Under the pieces are notes generated by a model that worked only from the letters and a program-made list of their open reading frames with translations, ran no database searches and was not told the origin of the DNA. A stretch of 64,000 bases of DNA from Dehalococcoidia bacterium. GTDB taxonomy: Bacteria > Chloroflexota > Dehalococcoidia > SM23-28-2 > HRBIN24. Every line of letters begins with the position of its first letter. Position 1 is the stretch's first letter. The position numbers were made by a program, and so were the translations under genes. Positions 53,443 to 62,490 of the stretch are shown here, piece after piece. The DNA is taken from NCBI GenBank assembly GCA_025062275.1, contig JANXAP010000007.1, positions 113,779 to 177,778 of the forward strand, in the 5' to 3' direction.

Positions 53443-54348
53443 TCCCTGGCCGCGGCGTCCCATCGCCTTGCGCACCCTTCCCTCCAGGGGGCGCCCCACC
53501 ACCTCCTCGGCGAACCAGGAAACTTCCACCAGGGCCGCCAGGTCCACCCCCGTCCCGACGCCCATGGCCTCCAGCATGGCCACCAGGTCCTCGGTGGCCA
53601 CGTTGCCCGAGGCCCCGGGGGCGTAGGGACAGCCGCCCAGGCCCCCCACCGAGCCGTCGAACTGGTCGGCGCCGGCCTCCATGGCCGCCAGCACGTTGGC
53701 CAGGGCCGCCCCTCGGGTGTCGTGCAAGTGCAGACGCACGGGGAAGCCCGGCAGCTCCTGCCGTAGCCGAGAGACCAGCTCGTAGACCTGCCTCGGGTTG
53801 GCCACCCCGATGGTATCCCCCAGGGCCACGGCATAGGCGCCCAGGTCCCGCAGCTCCCGTGCCAGGGACACTACCCGCTCCGGGTCCACCGCACCCTCGT
53901 AGGGACAGCCGAAGGCGGTGGACACGTAGCCCGCCCAGGGGATGCTCGCCTCCCGGGCCAGACGGGCCACCCTGCCTATCTCTGCCAGGGTCTCGGCGAT
54001 CGAGCGGTTGAGGTTGGCCCGGTTGTGGGACTCGGAGGCCGATACCACCACCGCCAGCTCGTCGGCCTGCGCAGCGATGGCGTTCCTGGCACCCACCTCG
54101 TTGGGCACCAGGGCAATGTAGGTGACTCCGGGCCGACGGCGCAGGGCAGCCATCACCTGGGGGGCATCGGCCATCTGCGGCACCGCCCGCGGGTGGACGA
54201 AGGAGACGGCCTCGATGCGCTTGAGCCCCGTGTCCGCAAGCCGCTCGATGAGGGCCACCTTCTGATGGGTGGGAATGGTGCGGGCCTCGTTCTGCAGCCC
54301 GTCCCTCGGCCCCACCTCGGTGATGAGGACCCGCTCCGGCAACCTCAT
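53437..54348 (-). CDS. Hydroxymethylglutaryl-CoA lyase
   Basis: ITEVGPRDGLQNE, FVHPRAVPQMAD, HLHDTRG, GLGGCPYAPGASGN. Confidence 0.92.
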   Translation of the reverse strand: MRLPERVLITEVGPRDGLQNEARTIPTHQKVALIERLADTGLKRIEAVSFVHPRAVPQMADAPQVMAALRRRPGVTYIALVPNEVGARNAIAAQADELAVVVSASESHNRANLNRSIAETLAEIGRVARLAREASIPWAGYVSTAFGCPYEGAVDPERVVSLARELRDLGAYAVALGDTIGVANPRQVYELVSRLRQELPGFPVRLHLHDTRGAALANVLAAMEAGADQFDGSVGGLGGCPYAPGASGNVATEDLVAMLEAMGVGTGVDLAALVEVSWFAEEVVGRPLEGRVRKAMGRRGQGL

Positions 54349-56327
54349 CCCTCCGCCTCCCCTGGCGCCAGCTCCGCCAGCACCTGTCCCTCCTTCACCT
54401 GCTCACCCGGCCGACAGTGCAGGCGGCGCAGGAAGCCATCGGTCGGGGCGTCGACGCTGTGCTCCATCTTCATCGCCTCCAGGACAACGACGGTCTGACG
54501 GGCCCGCACTCGCTGGCCCTCTTCTACCGCCACCTTCACAACAACCCCGCTGAGAGGGGCCACCAGCAGGTGCCCCGCCGCCTCGGGGGACGTCTCCCGG
54601 TGTTCGACCGGCCGCGGGCGATGCCAGCGAAAGCGGAAGGCCCGACCGCCTTGCTCGACCATCAGGCCATCCGCCAGGCGCGATACCCTGGCGGGCCAGG
54701 AGCGTCCTTCGACCTCCACCAGCAGGTGACCACGGGGGCCAGCAGTGAAGGTGGCCACCGCCTCTCGCCCCGCCACCGCCACCCGCCAGCGACGGGCACT
54801 CCCGGCCTCCCGCCTCCCCTCCACTCGCCAGGGGCGGCCCTCATGCTCCAGGTGCAGGACGACATCTCCGCCCGCTCGCCAGGGTCCCAGGGCTAGCCAA
54901 GGGTCAGCCTCCCCGAGGGCACCGCTGACGGCGGCACCGAAGGCGGCGAGGAGGGCCTCCACGGCCGGGGCCAGCAGCAGCGCTTCCGGGCTGAGGCGGG
55001 ACTCCAGGAAGTCGGTGGTGACCTTCCCCTCGGCCATGACCGGGTGGGCCAGCACGGCCCGCAGCAACGGCAGGTTGGTGCGGACCCCCTCGATACGATA
55101 GCGCTCCAGGGCCGCTACCATACGGGCCAGGGCCTCGCGCCGGTCGCGGCCCCGGGCCAGCACCTTGGCGATGAGGGGGTCGTAATGGGCGGTGATCTCG
55201 TCGCCCGGGTAGGTGCCCACGTCGTTGCGGATGCCCTCGCCCTGGGGCGGCGCGAAGGCCACCAGGGTGCCCGAGCTCGGCAGGTAGCCCGCGAGGGGGT
55301 CTTCGGCGTAGATGCGGCACTGGAAGGCGTGGCCCCGGAGGCGCACGTCCTCCTGGCGCAGGGGGAGGCGCTGGCCGGCGGCGATGGAGAGCTGCAGGGC
55401 CACCAGGTCGAGGCCCGTCACCATCTCGGTGACGCCGTGCTCCACCTGCAGGCGGGTGTTCATCTCCAGAAAGTAGAAGTTTCCCTCGGAGTCCAGCAGG
55501 AACTCGACGGTTCCGGCATTGACGTAGCCGGCTGCGCGGGCCACGGCCAGGGCCGCCTCGCCCAGGCGCCGCCGCAGGGCCTCGTCCACCGCCGGGGAGG
55601 GGGCCTCTTCGACCACCTTCTGGTAGCGGCGCTGGAGAGAGCAGTCGCGCTCGCCCAGGTGGAGATAGTTGCCGTAGGCATCGGCCAGCACCTGCACCTC
55701 CACATGGCGGGCGCCCTGGACGGCCCTCTCCAGCAGGAGCCGGCCATCCCCGAAGGCGCGCTGGGCCTCGCGCCGGGCGCCCTCCACCGCCTCCAGAAAG
55801 CTGTCGGCGTCGGCCACCAGGCGCATTCCCCTCCCCCCACCTCCGGCCGCAGCCTTGACCATCACCGGGAAGCCCAGGCGCCGCGCCTCCTCCAGCAGCG
55901 CCCACGGCTCCTGGCTGTCGCCATCGTAGCCGGGGACGATAGGCACCCCCTGAGAGGCCGCCAGGCGGCGGGCGGCCGCCTTGTCGCCCATGAGGCGAAT
56001 GGCCTCCGCCGGCGGCCCTACGAAAACGAGGCCGGCTTCCCGACAGGCCTCGGCGAAGGCGGCGTTCTCCGAGAGAAGGCCATAGCCCGGGTGGACCGCC
56101 TCGGCGCCGGTGCGCCGCGCCGCCTCCACGATGGCCCCGATGTTCAGATAGCTCTCCGTCACCGGCGGGGGGCCGATGGGCACCGCCTCGTCGGCCTCCA
56201 GCACGTGGAGGGCGCGACGGTCGGCCTCCGAGTAGACGGCCACGGTGCGGATGCCGAGGGCGCGGCAGGTGCGGATGATGCGCACAGCTATCTCGCCGCG
56301 GTTGGCTATGAGGAGCTTCCTGAACAT
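54345..56327 (-). CDS. Biotin-dependent acyl-CoA carboxylase alpha subunit (biotin carboxylase plus BCCP), probably 3-methylcrotonyl-CoA carboxylase
   Basis: MFRKLLIANRGEIAVRIIRTCRALGI, an ATP-grasp core, and the C-terminal biotinylation motif VLEAMKMEH. ATG 56327 is preferred, because the 854-aa ORF extension is Arg/Gly-rich and overlaps the upstream hydratase. Confidence 0.9.
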   Translation of the reverse strand: MFRKLLIANRGEIAVRIIRTCRALGIRTVAVYSEADRRALHVLEADEAVPIGPPPVTESYLNIGAIVEAARRTGAEAVHPGYGLLSENAAFAEACREAGLVFVGPPAEAIRLMGDKAAARRLAASQGVPIVPGYDGDSQEPWALLEEARRLGFPVMVKAAAGGGGRGMRLVADADSFLEAVEGARREAQRAFGDGRLLLERAVQGARHVEVQVLADAYGNYLHLGERDCSLQRRYQKVVEEAPSPAVDEALRRRLGEAALAVARAAGYVNAGTVEFLLDSEGNFYFLEMNTRLQVEHGVTEMVTGLDLVALQLSIAAGQRLPLRQEDVRLRGHAFQCRIYAEDPLAGYLPSSGTLVAFAPPQGEGIRNDVGTYPGDEITAHYDPLIAKVLARGRDRREALARMVAALERYRIEGVRTNLPLLRAVLAHPVMAEGKVTTDFLESRLSPEALLLAPAVEALLAAFGAAVSGALGEADPWLALGPWRAGGDVVLHLEHEGRPWRVEGRREAGSARRWRVAVAGREAVATFTAGPRGHLLVEVEGRSWPARVSRLADGLMVEQGGRAFRFRWHRPRPVEHRETSPEAAGHLLVAPLSGVVVKVAVEEGQRVRARQTVVVLEAMKMEHSVDAPTDGFLRRLHCRPGEQVKEGQVLAELAPGEAEG

Positions 56328-57112
56328 CAGCCCTCTACCCAGCCAGGGCGTCGCTTCTCCAGGAAGCTGCGGATGCCTTCCTGGCCCTCGGGGCCTGTGC
56401 GCAGGGCGGCGATGAGGCGAGCGGTGTAGTCGTCCACGTCCGGCCCCCTGTCCCCGGCCACTCGTCGCACCAGCTCCTTGCAGGCCGCCTGGGCCTGGGG
56501 GCCGCCCGACAGGAGCATGCGCACCACCTCCTGGACGGCCGCGTCCAGCTCCTCCGGCGGCACCACCCGGTAGACCAGGCCGATGCGTAGCGCCTGCTGG
56601 GCATCGATGCGCTCGCCGGTGAGGAACAGCCTCAGCGCCCATCCGGGGCCTATCTTCTCCACCACGTGGGGGGCGATGGTGGCGGGCGCCAGCCCCAGCC
56701 TCACCTCGGTGAAGGCGAACTGGGCGTTGTCGGCCGCCACGGCCAGGTCGGCGGCGGCCACCAGCCCCACGCCGCCGCCGTAGGCGTTGCCGTGGACGCG
56801 GGCCACCACCGGCCGCGGGCACTCGGCCACCGCCCGCAGCATGGCAGCCAGGGCAGCAGCGTCGCGACGGTTCTCCTCCTCGCCCCAGGAGGCGGCGCGG
56901 CGCATCCACTCCAGGTCGGCGCCGGCGCAGAAGGAAGGCCCCTCCCCCGCCAGCACCACCACCCGGACCCCCTCGTCCCGGCCGAGGCCAGTGAAGGCGT
57001 CGTGTAGCTGGGCGATCAGGCGCTCATCGAAGGCGTTGTGGACCTCGGGTCGGCTCAGGACGACACGGGCCACCGGGCCATCGCGGGATACGGTCAGCAC
57101 CTGCTGGGACAT
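56327..57112 (-). CDS. Enoyl-CoA hydratase family (context suggests methylglutaconyl-CoA hydratase)
   Basis: VVLSRPEVHNAF, VVVLAGEGPSFCAGADL, GNAYGGGVGLVAAADL. It lies between the two carboxylase subunit genes. Confidence 0.85.
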   Translation of the reverse strand: MSQQVLTVSRDGPVARVVLSRPEVHNAFDERLIAQLHDAFTGLGRDEGVRVVVLAGEGPSFCAGADLEWMRRAASWGEEENRRDAAALAAMLRAVAECPRPVVARVHGNAYGGGVGLVAAADLAVAADNAQFAFTEVRLGLAPATIAPHVVEKIGPGWALRLFLTGERIDAQQALRIGLVYRVVPPEELDAAVQEVVRMLLSGGPQAQAACKELVRRVAGDRGPDVDDYTARLIAALRTGPEGQEGIRSFLEKRRPGWVEG

Positions 57113-57114
57113 GG

Positions 57115-58788
57115 CTACATGCGGAAGACGCCGAAGTGGGAGTCGGGAATGGGGGCGTTGAGGGCAGCGCTGATGCCCAGGGCCAGGGCCTGGCGGGTGT
57201 CCAGGGGATCAAGGATGCCGTCGTCCCACAGGCGGGCGGTGCTGTAATAGGCGCTGCCTTCGCGGGCGTACTTCTCCAAGATGGGACGCATGAACTCCTG
57301 CTGCTCCTCCTCGCTCATGTCCTGGCCGCGGGCGCGCAGGTTCTCCAGCCGAACCGTCAGCAGCACGCTGGCCGCCTGCTGGCCGCCCATGACCGATATC
57401 TGGGCGTTGGGCCACATCCAGAGCAGACGGGGCGAGTAGGCGCGGCCGCACATGGCGTAATTGCCGGCCCCGAAGGAGCCGCCGATGATGACGGTGAACT
57501 TGGGCACCTCGGCGCAGGCCACCGCCATCACCATCTTGGCGCCATGCTTGGCGATGCCCTCGTGCTCGTAGCGCGTCCCCACCATGAAGCCGGTGATGTT
57601 CTGCAGGAAGACCAGGGGTATCTTGCGGCGGGCGCACATCTGGACGAAATGGGCGCCCTTCAGGGCGCTCTCGGAGAAAAGGATACCGTTGTTGGCCACG
57701 ATGCCCACCGGGTAACCCATGATGCGGGCAAAGCCGCACACCAGCGTCGGCCCGTAGGACGCCTTGAACTCGTGGAAGCGGCTGCCGTCCACCAGCCGGG
57801 CGATGACCTCGCGCACGTCGTAGGACTGGCGGTAGTCGGGCGGGACGATGCCGTAGATCTCCTCGGGGTCGTAGAGGGGCGGCTCCGGAGGGGCCACGGG
57901 CCAGGGGCAGCTCTTGGTCGCCCGCCCCAGATTGGCCACGATGCTGCGGCAGATGGAGAGGGCCTCCGCGTCGCTGCGGGCCAGGTGGTCGGCCACCCCG
58001 GAGATGTGGCTGTGGACATAGGCACCCCCCAGCTCTTCGGCCGAGACCTCCTCGCCGGTGGCAGCCTTCACCAGAGGCGGCCCGCCGATGAAGATGTGTC
58101 CCGTCCCCTGGACGATGATGGTCTCGTCGCTCATGGCCGGGACATAGGCGCCGCCGGCAGTGCACGGCCCCATCACCACAGAGATCTGAGGGATGCCTTT
58201 GGCTGACATACGGGCCTGGTTGTAGAAGATGCGCCCGAAATGGTCGCGGTCGGGGAAGACCTCGTCCTGCAGGGGCAGGAAGGCCCCGCCCGAGTCCACC
58301 AAGTAGATGCAGGGGAGCCAGTTCTGCTCGGCGATCTCCTGGGCCCGCAGGTGCTTCTTGACGGTCATGGGATAATAGGTGCCGCCCTTGACGGTGGCGT
58401 CGTTGGCGACGATGACCACCTCGCGGCCACAGACGCGGCCGATGCCGGTGACGATGCCCGCCGAAGGGGCCTCGTCCTCGTACATTCCCCAGGCGGCCAG
58501 CGGGCTCAGCTCCAGGAAAGCGGAACCGGGGTCGATGAGCCGTTCGATACGCTCGCGGGCGGTGAGCTTGCCGCGGGCGCGGTGCCGCTGCACCTGCTCC
58601 TCGCCGCCCCCCTGGCGCACCAGGGCCAGCCGCTCCTGCAGCTCGGAGACCAGGGCCCGCATGTGCTCGCGGTTACGGCGGAACTCGGCCGAGGCGGTGT
58701 CCACCGCGGTGGGCAACACCGGCACCTCGGCCCCCTCCAGGAAGGCAACGGCCTGGGCATCGGTGGCGGGAGGAGGCGACCAGACCAA
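57115..58788 (-). CDS. Acyl-CoA carboxylase carboxyltransferase (beta) subunit, probably methylcrotonyl-CoA carboxylase
   Basis: [72 protein letters not shown]. The exact start is uncertain. Confidence 0.9.
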   Translation of the reverse strand: MVWSPPPATDAQAVAFLEGAEVPVLPTAVDTASAEFRRNREHMRALVSELQERLALVRQGGGEEQVQRHRARGKLTARERIERLIDPGSAFLELSPLAAWGMYEDEAPSAGIVTGIGRVCGREVVIVANDATVKGGTYYPMTVKKHLRAQEIAEQNWLPCIYLVDSGGAFLPLQDEVFPDRDHFGRIFYNQARMSAKGIPQISVVMGPCTAGGAYVPAMSDETIIVQGTGHIFIGGPPLVKAATGEEVSAEELGGAYVHSHISGVADHLARSDAEALSICRSIVANLGRATKSCPWPVAPPEPPLYDPEEIYGIVPPDYRQSYDVREVIARLVDGSRFHEFKASYGPTLVCGFARIMGYPVGIVANNGILFSESALKGAHFVQMCARRKIPLVFLQNITGFMVGTRYEHEGIAKHGAKMVMAVACAEVPKFTVIIGGSFGAGNYAMCGRAYSPRLLWMWPNAQISVMGGQQAASVLLTVRLENLRARGQDMSEEEQQEFMRPILEKYAREGSAYYSTARLWDDGILDPLDTRQALALGISAALNAPIPDSHFGVFRM

Positions 58789-58952
58789 CCCATCACCCCG
58801 GCGGCCCCCGTGACGTACGAACGATCCGGGGCCGGCGGCAGAGCTAGTTTAGCAGATGCACAGCCAGCCGACACCGCCGCCAGGGGGTGACAGGAGGCGC
58901 CTCGGCAGTCAAGAATAATGGTTAGCCGGTCACGGACGGCGAGGAGGTCAAC

Positions 58953-60596
58953 ATGGCCCTGGTAGACGGCGGCGACCTGGTGGTGAAGGCCATCAAGCGC
59001 GAAGGGGTGGACGTCATCTTCACCCTCTGCGGTGGCCACGTGCAGGCCATCTACGATGCCTGTCTGGACGAAAACGTGCGGGTCATAGACGTGCGCCATG
59101 AGCAGGCGGCGGGCCATGCCGCCGAGGGGTGGTCGCGGGCCACCCGCCGCTGCGGGGTGGCGGTGGTAACCGCCGGGCCTGGCGTCACCGACGTGGTCAC
59201 GGCGGTGGCCAACGCCTGGCACAACAAGAGCCCCATGCTGGTCATCGGCGGCCGCAGTCCCCTCAACCGCTTCGAGATGGGTGCCCTGCAGGAGATGGAC
59301 CACGTGGAGCTCCTGCGCCCCATCACCAAATGGGCCCGCTGCGTCTACGAGACCAAGCGCATACCGGAATACATAGCCACTGCCTTCCGCCATGCCATGA
59401 CCGGCCGACGCGGCCCCGTCTTTCTGGAGATCCCGTCCGACGTCCTCTTCCAGAAGGTGGAAGAGTCGGAAGTCTACTTCCCCGAGCGCTATCGCCCCGA
59501 GGGCCGGCGCTACCCCGATCCGCAGGTGGTGAAGCAGGCGGCCGCTATCCTGGCCCGGGCCGAGCGACCGGTGGTGATGGCCGGTTCCCAGATCTACTGG
59601 GACGAGGCCCACGAGGAGCTTCGCCAGCTCATCGAGCTGCTGGACGCCCCCGTGTACCTCAACGCCATGGGCCGCGGCTGCATACGCCAGGACCACCGCC
59701 TGTTCTTCTCGCGGACGCGGCGCACCGCCTTCGCCAAGGCCGATGCGGTCCTGGTCATCGGCACCCCCTTCGACTTCCGCCTGGCCTACGGGCGGCGCTT
59801 CGGCCCCGAGGCGAAGATCGTGCAGGTGGACTCGGACCCGGCCGAGCTAGGACGCAACCGCGACGTGGACGTGGCCATCGAGGCCGACGCCAAGGCTGCC
59901 CTCCAGTCCCTCATCGCCGAGCTGGAGGGCCGCTCTTACCGGCACGACGAGTGGGTGAAGGCGCTGCGGGAGGAGGAGGACAAGATCCGCGCCCAGCGGG
60001 AGGAGTGGGAGAACTCGGACCGGGTGCCCATCCACCCCCTGCGCCTGTGCAAGGAGATGGCCGCCTTCGTCGATGAGAACACCATCGTGGTGGGGGACGG
60101 CGGCGACATCGTCAACCTGGCCGCCCAGGTGCTGCCCATCAACCAGCCCGGGCAGTGGTACGACCCAGGGCCCTTCGGGACCCTGGGGGTGGGCACCGGC
60201 TTCTGCATGGCCCTCTCCTGCGTCTACCCCGGCAAGCGCATCCTGATGGTCAACGGCGACGGCACCTTCGGGCTGAACGGCTTCGAGTTCGACACCTTCG
60301 TGCGCTTCGGCATGCCGGTGGTGTCGGTGGTGGGCAACGACCGCCAGTGGGGGCAGATCACCGTCGGCCAGAAGCTCATGTATGGCAAGGACAGGGTCGT
60401 CGCCTCGCTGCTGGGCGACAACGCCCGCTACGACCTGGTGGTGGAGGCGCTGGGCGGCCACGGCGAGTTCGTCACCGAGCCGCAGCAGATCCGCCCAGCC
60501 CTGGAGCGGGCCTTTGCCTCGGGCAAGCCCGCCTGTGTCAACGTCATCCTCGACCAGGAGCCGCCAGGCATCCGGGGTGGCTACGAATTCATGTAG
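58953..60596 (+). CDS. Thiamine-diphosphate-dependent enzyme (acetolactate synthase / oxalyl-CoA decarboxylase / 2-hydroxyacyl-CoA lyase family)
   Basis: GVDVIFTLCGGHVQAIYDA, RHEQAAGHAAEGW, TAGPGVTD, and the ThDP motif GDGTFGLNGFEFDT...NN-like region. The SD is GAGGAGG. Confidence 0.85.
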   Translation: MALVDGGDLVVKAIKREGVDVIFTLCGGHVQAIYDACLDENVRVIDVRHEQAAGHAAEGWSRATRRCGVAVVTAGPGVTDVVTAVANAWHNKSPMLVIGGRSPLNRFEMGALQEMDHVELLRPITKWARCVYETKRIPEYIATAFRHAMTGRRGPVFLEIPSDVLFQKVEESEVYFPERYRPEGRRYPDPQVVKQAAAILARAERPVVMAGSQIYWDEAHEELRQLIELLDAPVYLNAMGRGCIRQDHRLFFSRTRRTAFAKADAVLVIGTPFDFRLAYGRRFGPEAKIVQVDSDPAELGRNRDVDVAIEADAKAALQSLIAELEGRSYRHDEWVKALREEEDKIRAQREEWENSDRVPIHPLRLCKEMAAFVDENTIVVGDGGDIVNLAAQVLPINQPGQWYDPGPFGTLGVGTGFCMALSCVYPGKRILMVNGDGTFGLNGFEFDTFVRFGMPVVSVVGNDRQWGQITVGQKLMYGKDRVVASLLGDNARYDLVVEALGGHGEFVTEPQQIRPALERAFASGKPACVNVILDQEPPGIRGGYEFM

Positions 60597-60607
60597 CGCT
60601 GGCCCCT

Positions 60608-60928
60608 ATGGGCTACTGCGTCTTCTGCGAGATCGTCGCCCGTCGCGAGCCCGCCGAAGTCCTTTACGAGGACGACGAGGTGATGGTCTTCCGCAACCGT
60701 CTGCGCTGGGTGCCGGTGATGCTCTTGGCCATCCCCAAGGCCCACATGACCCAGGAGGAGCTGTGGCGGGACATGGGTCGCGTGGGCCGGGTGGCGGTGG
60801 AGATGGGGCGCAAGTTCTGTCCCAACGGCTTCCGCCTGCTCTCCAACTTCGGCTTCGACGCCATGCAGTCCCAGGAGCACGCCCACGTGCACATCCTGGG
60901 GGGAACCTTCCTGGGCGAATACGTCTAG
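60608..60928 (+). CDS. HIT-family (histidine triad) protein
   Basis: [30 protein letters not shown] and the triad HAHVHILGG. Confidence 0.88.
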   Translation: MGYCVFCEIVARREPAEVLYEDDEVMVFRNRLRWVPVMLLAIPKAHMTQEELWRDMGRVGRVAVEMGRKFCPNGFRLLSNFGFDAMQSQEHAHVHILGGTFLGEYV

Positions 60929-61659
60929 GCGGGAAGGACGACGCCGGCCTCGTCCAGCGCCTTGCGCTGGGCGGCCAGTATCTCCCGGATGCCCTGCCAG
61001 GCCAGGTCGAGGAGCTGGTCCAGGGCGCTGCGGGGGAAAGGATGGCCTTCGGCGGTGCCCTGCACCTCCACCAGCTCGCCGCTGCCGGTCATGACCACGT
61101 TCATGTCTACCTGGGCACGCACGTCCTCTTCGTAGCACAGGTCCAGCATGGGCACCCCATCCACGATGCCCACGCTCACCGCCGCCACCTGGTCGCGCAA
61201 CGGGAGCGACGTCAGCTCCCCCGTCTGCGACAGGCGCTGCAGCGCCAATGCCAGGGCCACGAAGCCACCGTTGATGGCGGCGGTACGGGTGCCGCCATCG
61301 GCCTGGAGGACATCGCAGTCCAGCACGACGGTGCGCTCGCCCAGCAGGTCCAGTTGGGCGACGGCCCGCAGGGAGCGGCCGATGAGGCGCTGGATCTCGT
61401 AGGTGCGGCCGCTGGCGGCGCCCCGTTCGCGGGGGGTGCGCTGGAGGGTGGAGCGGGGCAGCATGCCGTATTCGGCGGTGATCCAGCCGGTGCCGGCCTC
61501 GCGGGCGAACTGGGGAGCGCGGGCCTCGACGGTGGCGGCGCAGAGGACGCGGGTGCGCCCCATCTCCACCAGGCAGGAGCCCTCGGCGAAGTCCAGGACG
61601 CCCGTCCGGAAGGACAGGGGACGCAACTGCTGGGGCCTTCGGCCGTCGCTGCGAATCAT
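60925..61659 (-). CDS. rph: Ribonuclease PH
   Basis: [65 protein letters not shown] 61659 is preferred over the longer ORF. Confidence 0.93.
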   Translation of the reverse strand: MIRSDGRRPQQLRPLSFRTGVLDFAEGSCLVEMGRTRVLCAATVEARAPQFAREAGTGWITAEYGMLPRSTLQRTPRERGAASGRTYEIQRLIGRSLRAVAQLDLLGERTVVLDCDVLQADGGTRTAAINGGFVALALALQRLSQTGELTSLPLRDQVAAVSVGIVDGVPMLDLCYEEDVRAQVDMNVVMTGSGELVEVQGTAEGHPFPRSALDQLLDLAWQGIREILAAQRKALDEAGVVLPA

Positions 61660-61684
61660 AGGAGCAGGCGAACTCGAGACAATT

Positions 61685-62343
61685 CTACCAGGTCGCGGGG
61701 CGCATAATCTCGTTACCGCGGGCATCCCGCACCACATCGGGCAGCTGACAAACGGCCGCTGGACCCACTCGAAGCTCGGTGTACTTGGCAGCCACCTGCC
61801 TGAGCGCATAGCTGACGCGTTTGTGCGGACTCAAGACCCACACCTGCTTGCCGAATCTGCGCCTCACCTGCTCGATCGCTCCCGCCAAGTCAGAGTCGTT
61901 AGAGACGACGAGAGCGACATCATACAGGTCATCCATGGCGTCTACCAGGAGGAAGATGGCCAGGTTGACGTCGGAGCCTTTTTTTCCTCTGGCACCTTCA
62001 CCTTGACGAACCGGGGACGGTGGGGCCAGGAGTCCGCTAGAGGTGCCACTGATGTCTTCTCTAGGAAGTGCCCGAAATGGATGGTCACCTCGGGTAGGGT
62101 GGCTAGAGCCCGCAGGTAGCGATCCTGGCGCTCGGACCGGCCGGGATCATGGGGTGGGGAGGTCACGCGAGCGGTGAAGTAACGGACGTGCAGCAAATCC
62201 ACGTCCTTGGCGACGAGCCGTAACCAGCGGGGGATGTCGAGCCACTTGAGGTGCAGCTGGCCTTCGGGCCGGTGGCGCCTCAGCAGACCATAGTAGAGGT
62301 TGAAGCCATCTACGTAGGCGTAGGCCCGTGGTCTTGCAATCAT
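61685..62343 (-). pseudogene. NYN-domain (LabA/DUF88-like) protein gene interrupted by a frameshift at an A7 run (pseudogene, assembly indel or -1 recoding site)
   Basis: The N-terminal ORF reads MIARPRAYAYVDGFNLYYG...VPEEKK. The C-terminal ORF, in the -1 frame, reads (KKGSDVNLAIFLLVDA)MDDLYDVALVVSNDSDLAGAIE. The junction is at minus-strand positions 61985..61979. Confidence 0.75.
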
Positions 62344-62352
62344 CTATATGCT

Positions 62353-62379
62353 GAGGCCGCCACCTGAGGCGGCGGCCTC
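62353..62379 (-). terminator. Stem-loop downstream of comEC (candidate terminator)
   Basis: GAGGCCGCC-N9-GGCGGCCTC, a 9-bp perfect stem about 110 nt after the comEC stop. No U-tract follows. Confidence 0.3.
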
Positions 62380-62490
62380 GCGCCCTGTCCCGGTCAGAGA
62401 CAGGGGGGATCTCCGCCCACAACATAGCACACGGCATCTAAGCTGTCAATACTAGTGGAGACTACCCACCAGAGGAGATGGGTGCCCGAC

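Noticed and set aside
54345-56909. The 854-aa version of the biotin carboxylase ORF. Similar long N-terminal extensions exist for ilvE (to 11493), rph (to 61809), citrate synthase (to 53398), the alpha/beta hydrolase (to 22769) and the aminotransferase (from 15695).
   Set aside because: The extensions are Arg/Gly/Pro-rich and overlap well-supported neighbouring genes. Conserved N-termini begin at internal ATGs that have good SDs or stop/start overlaps.
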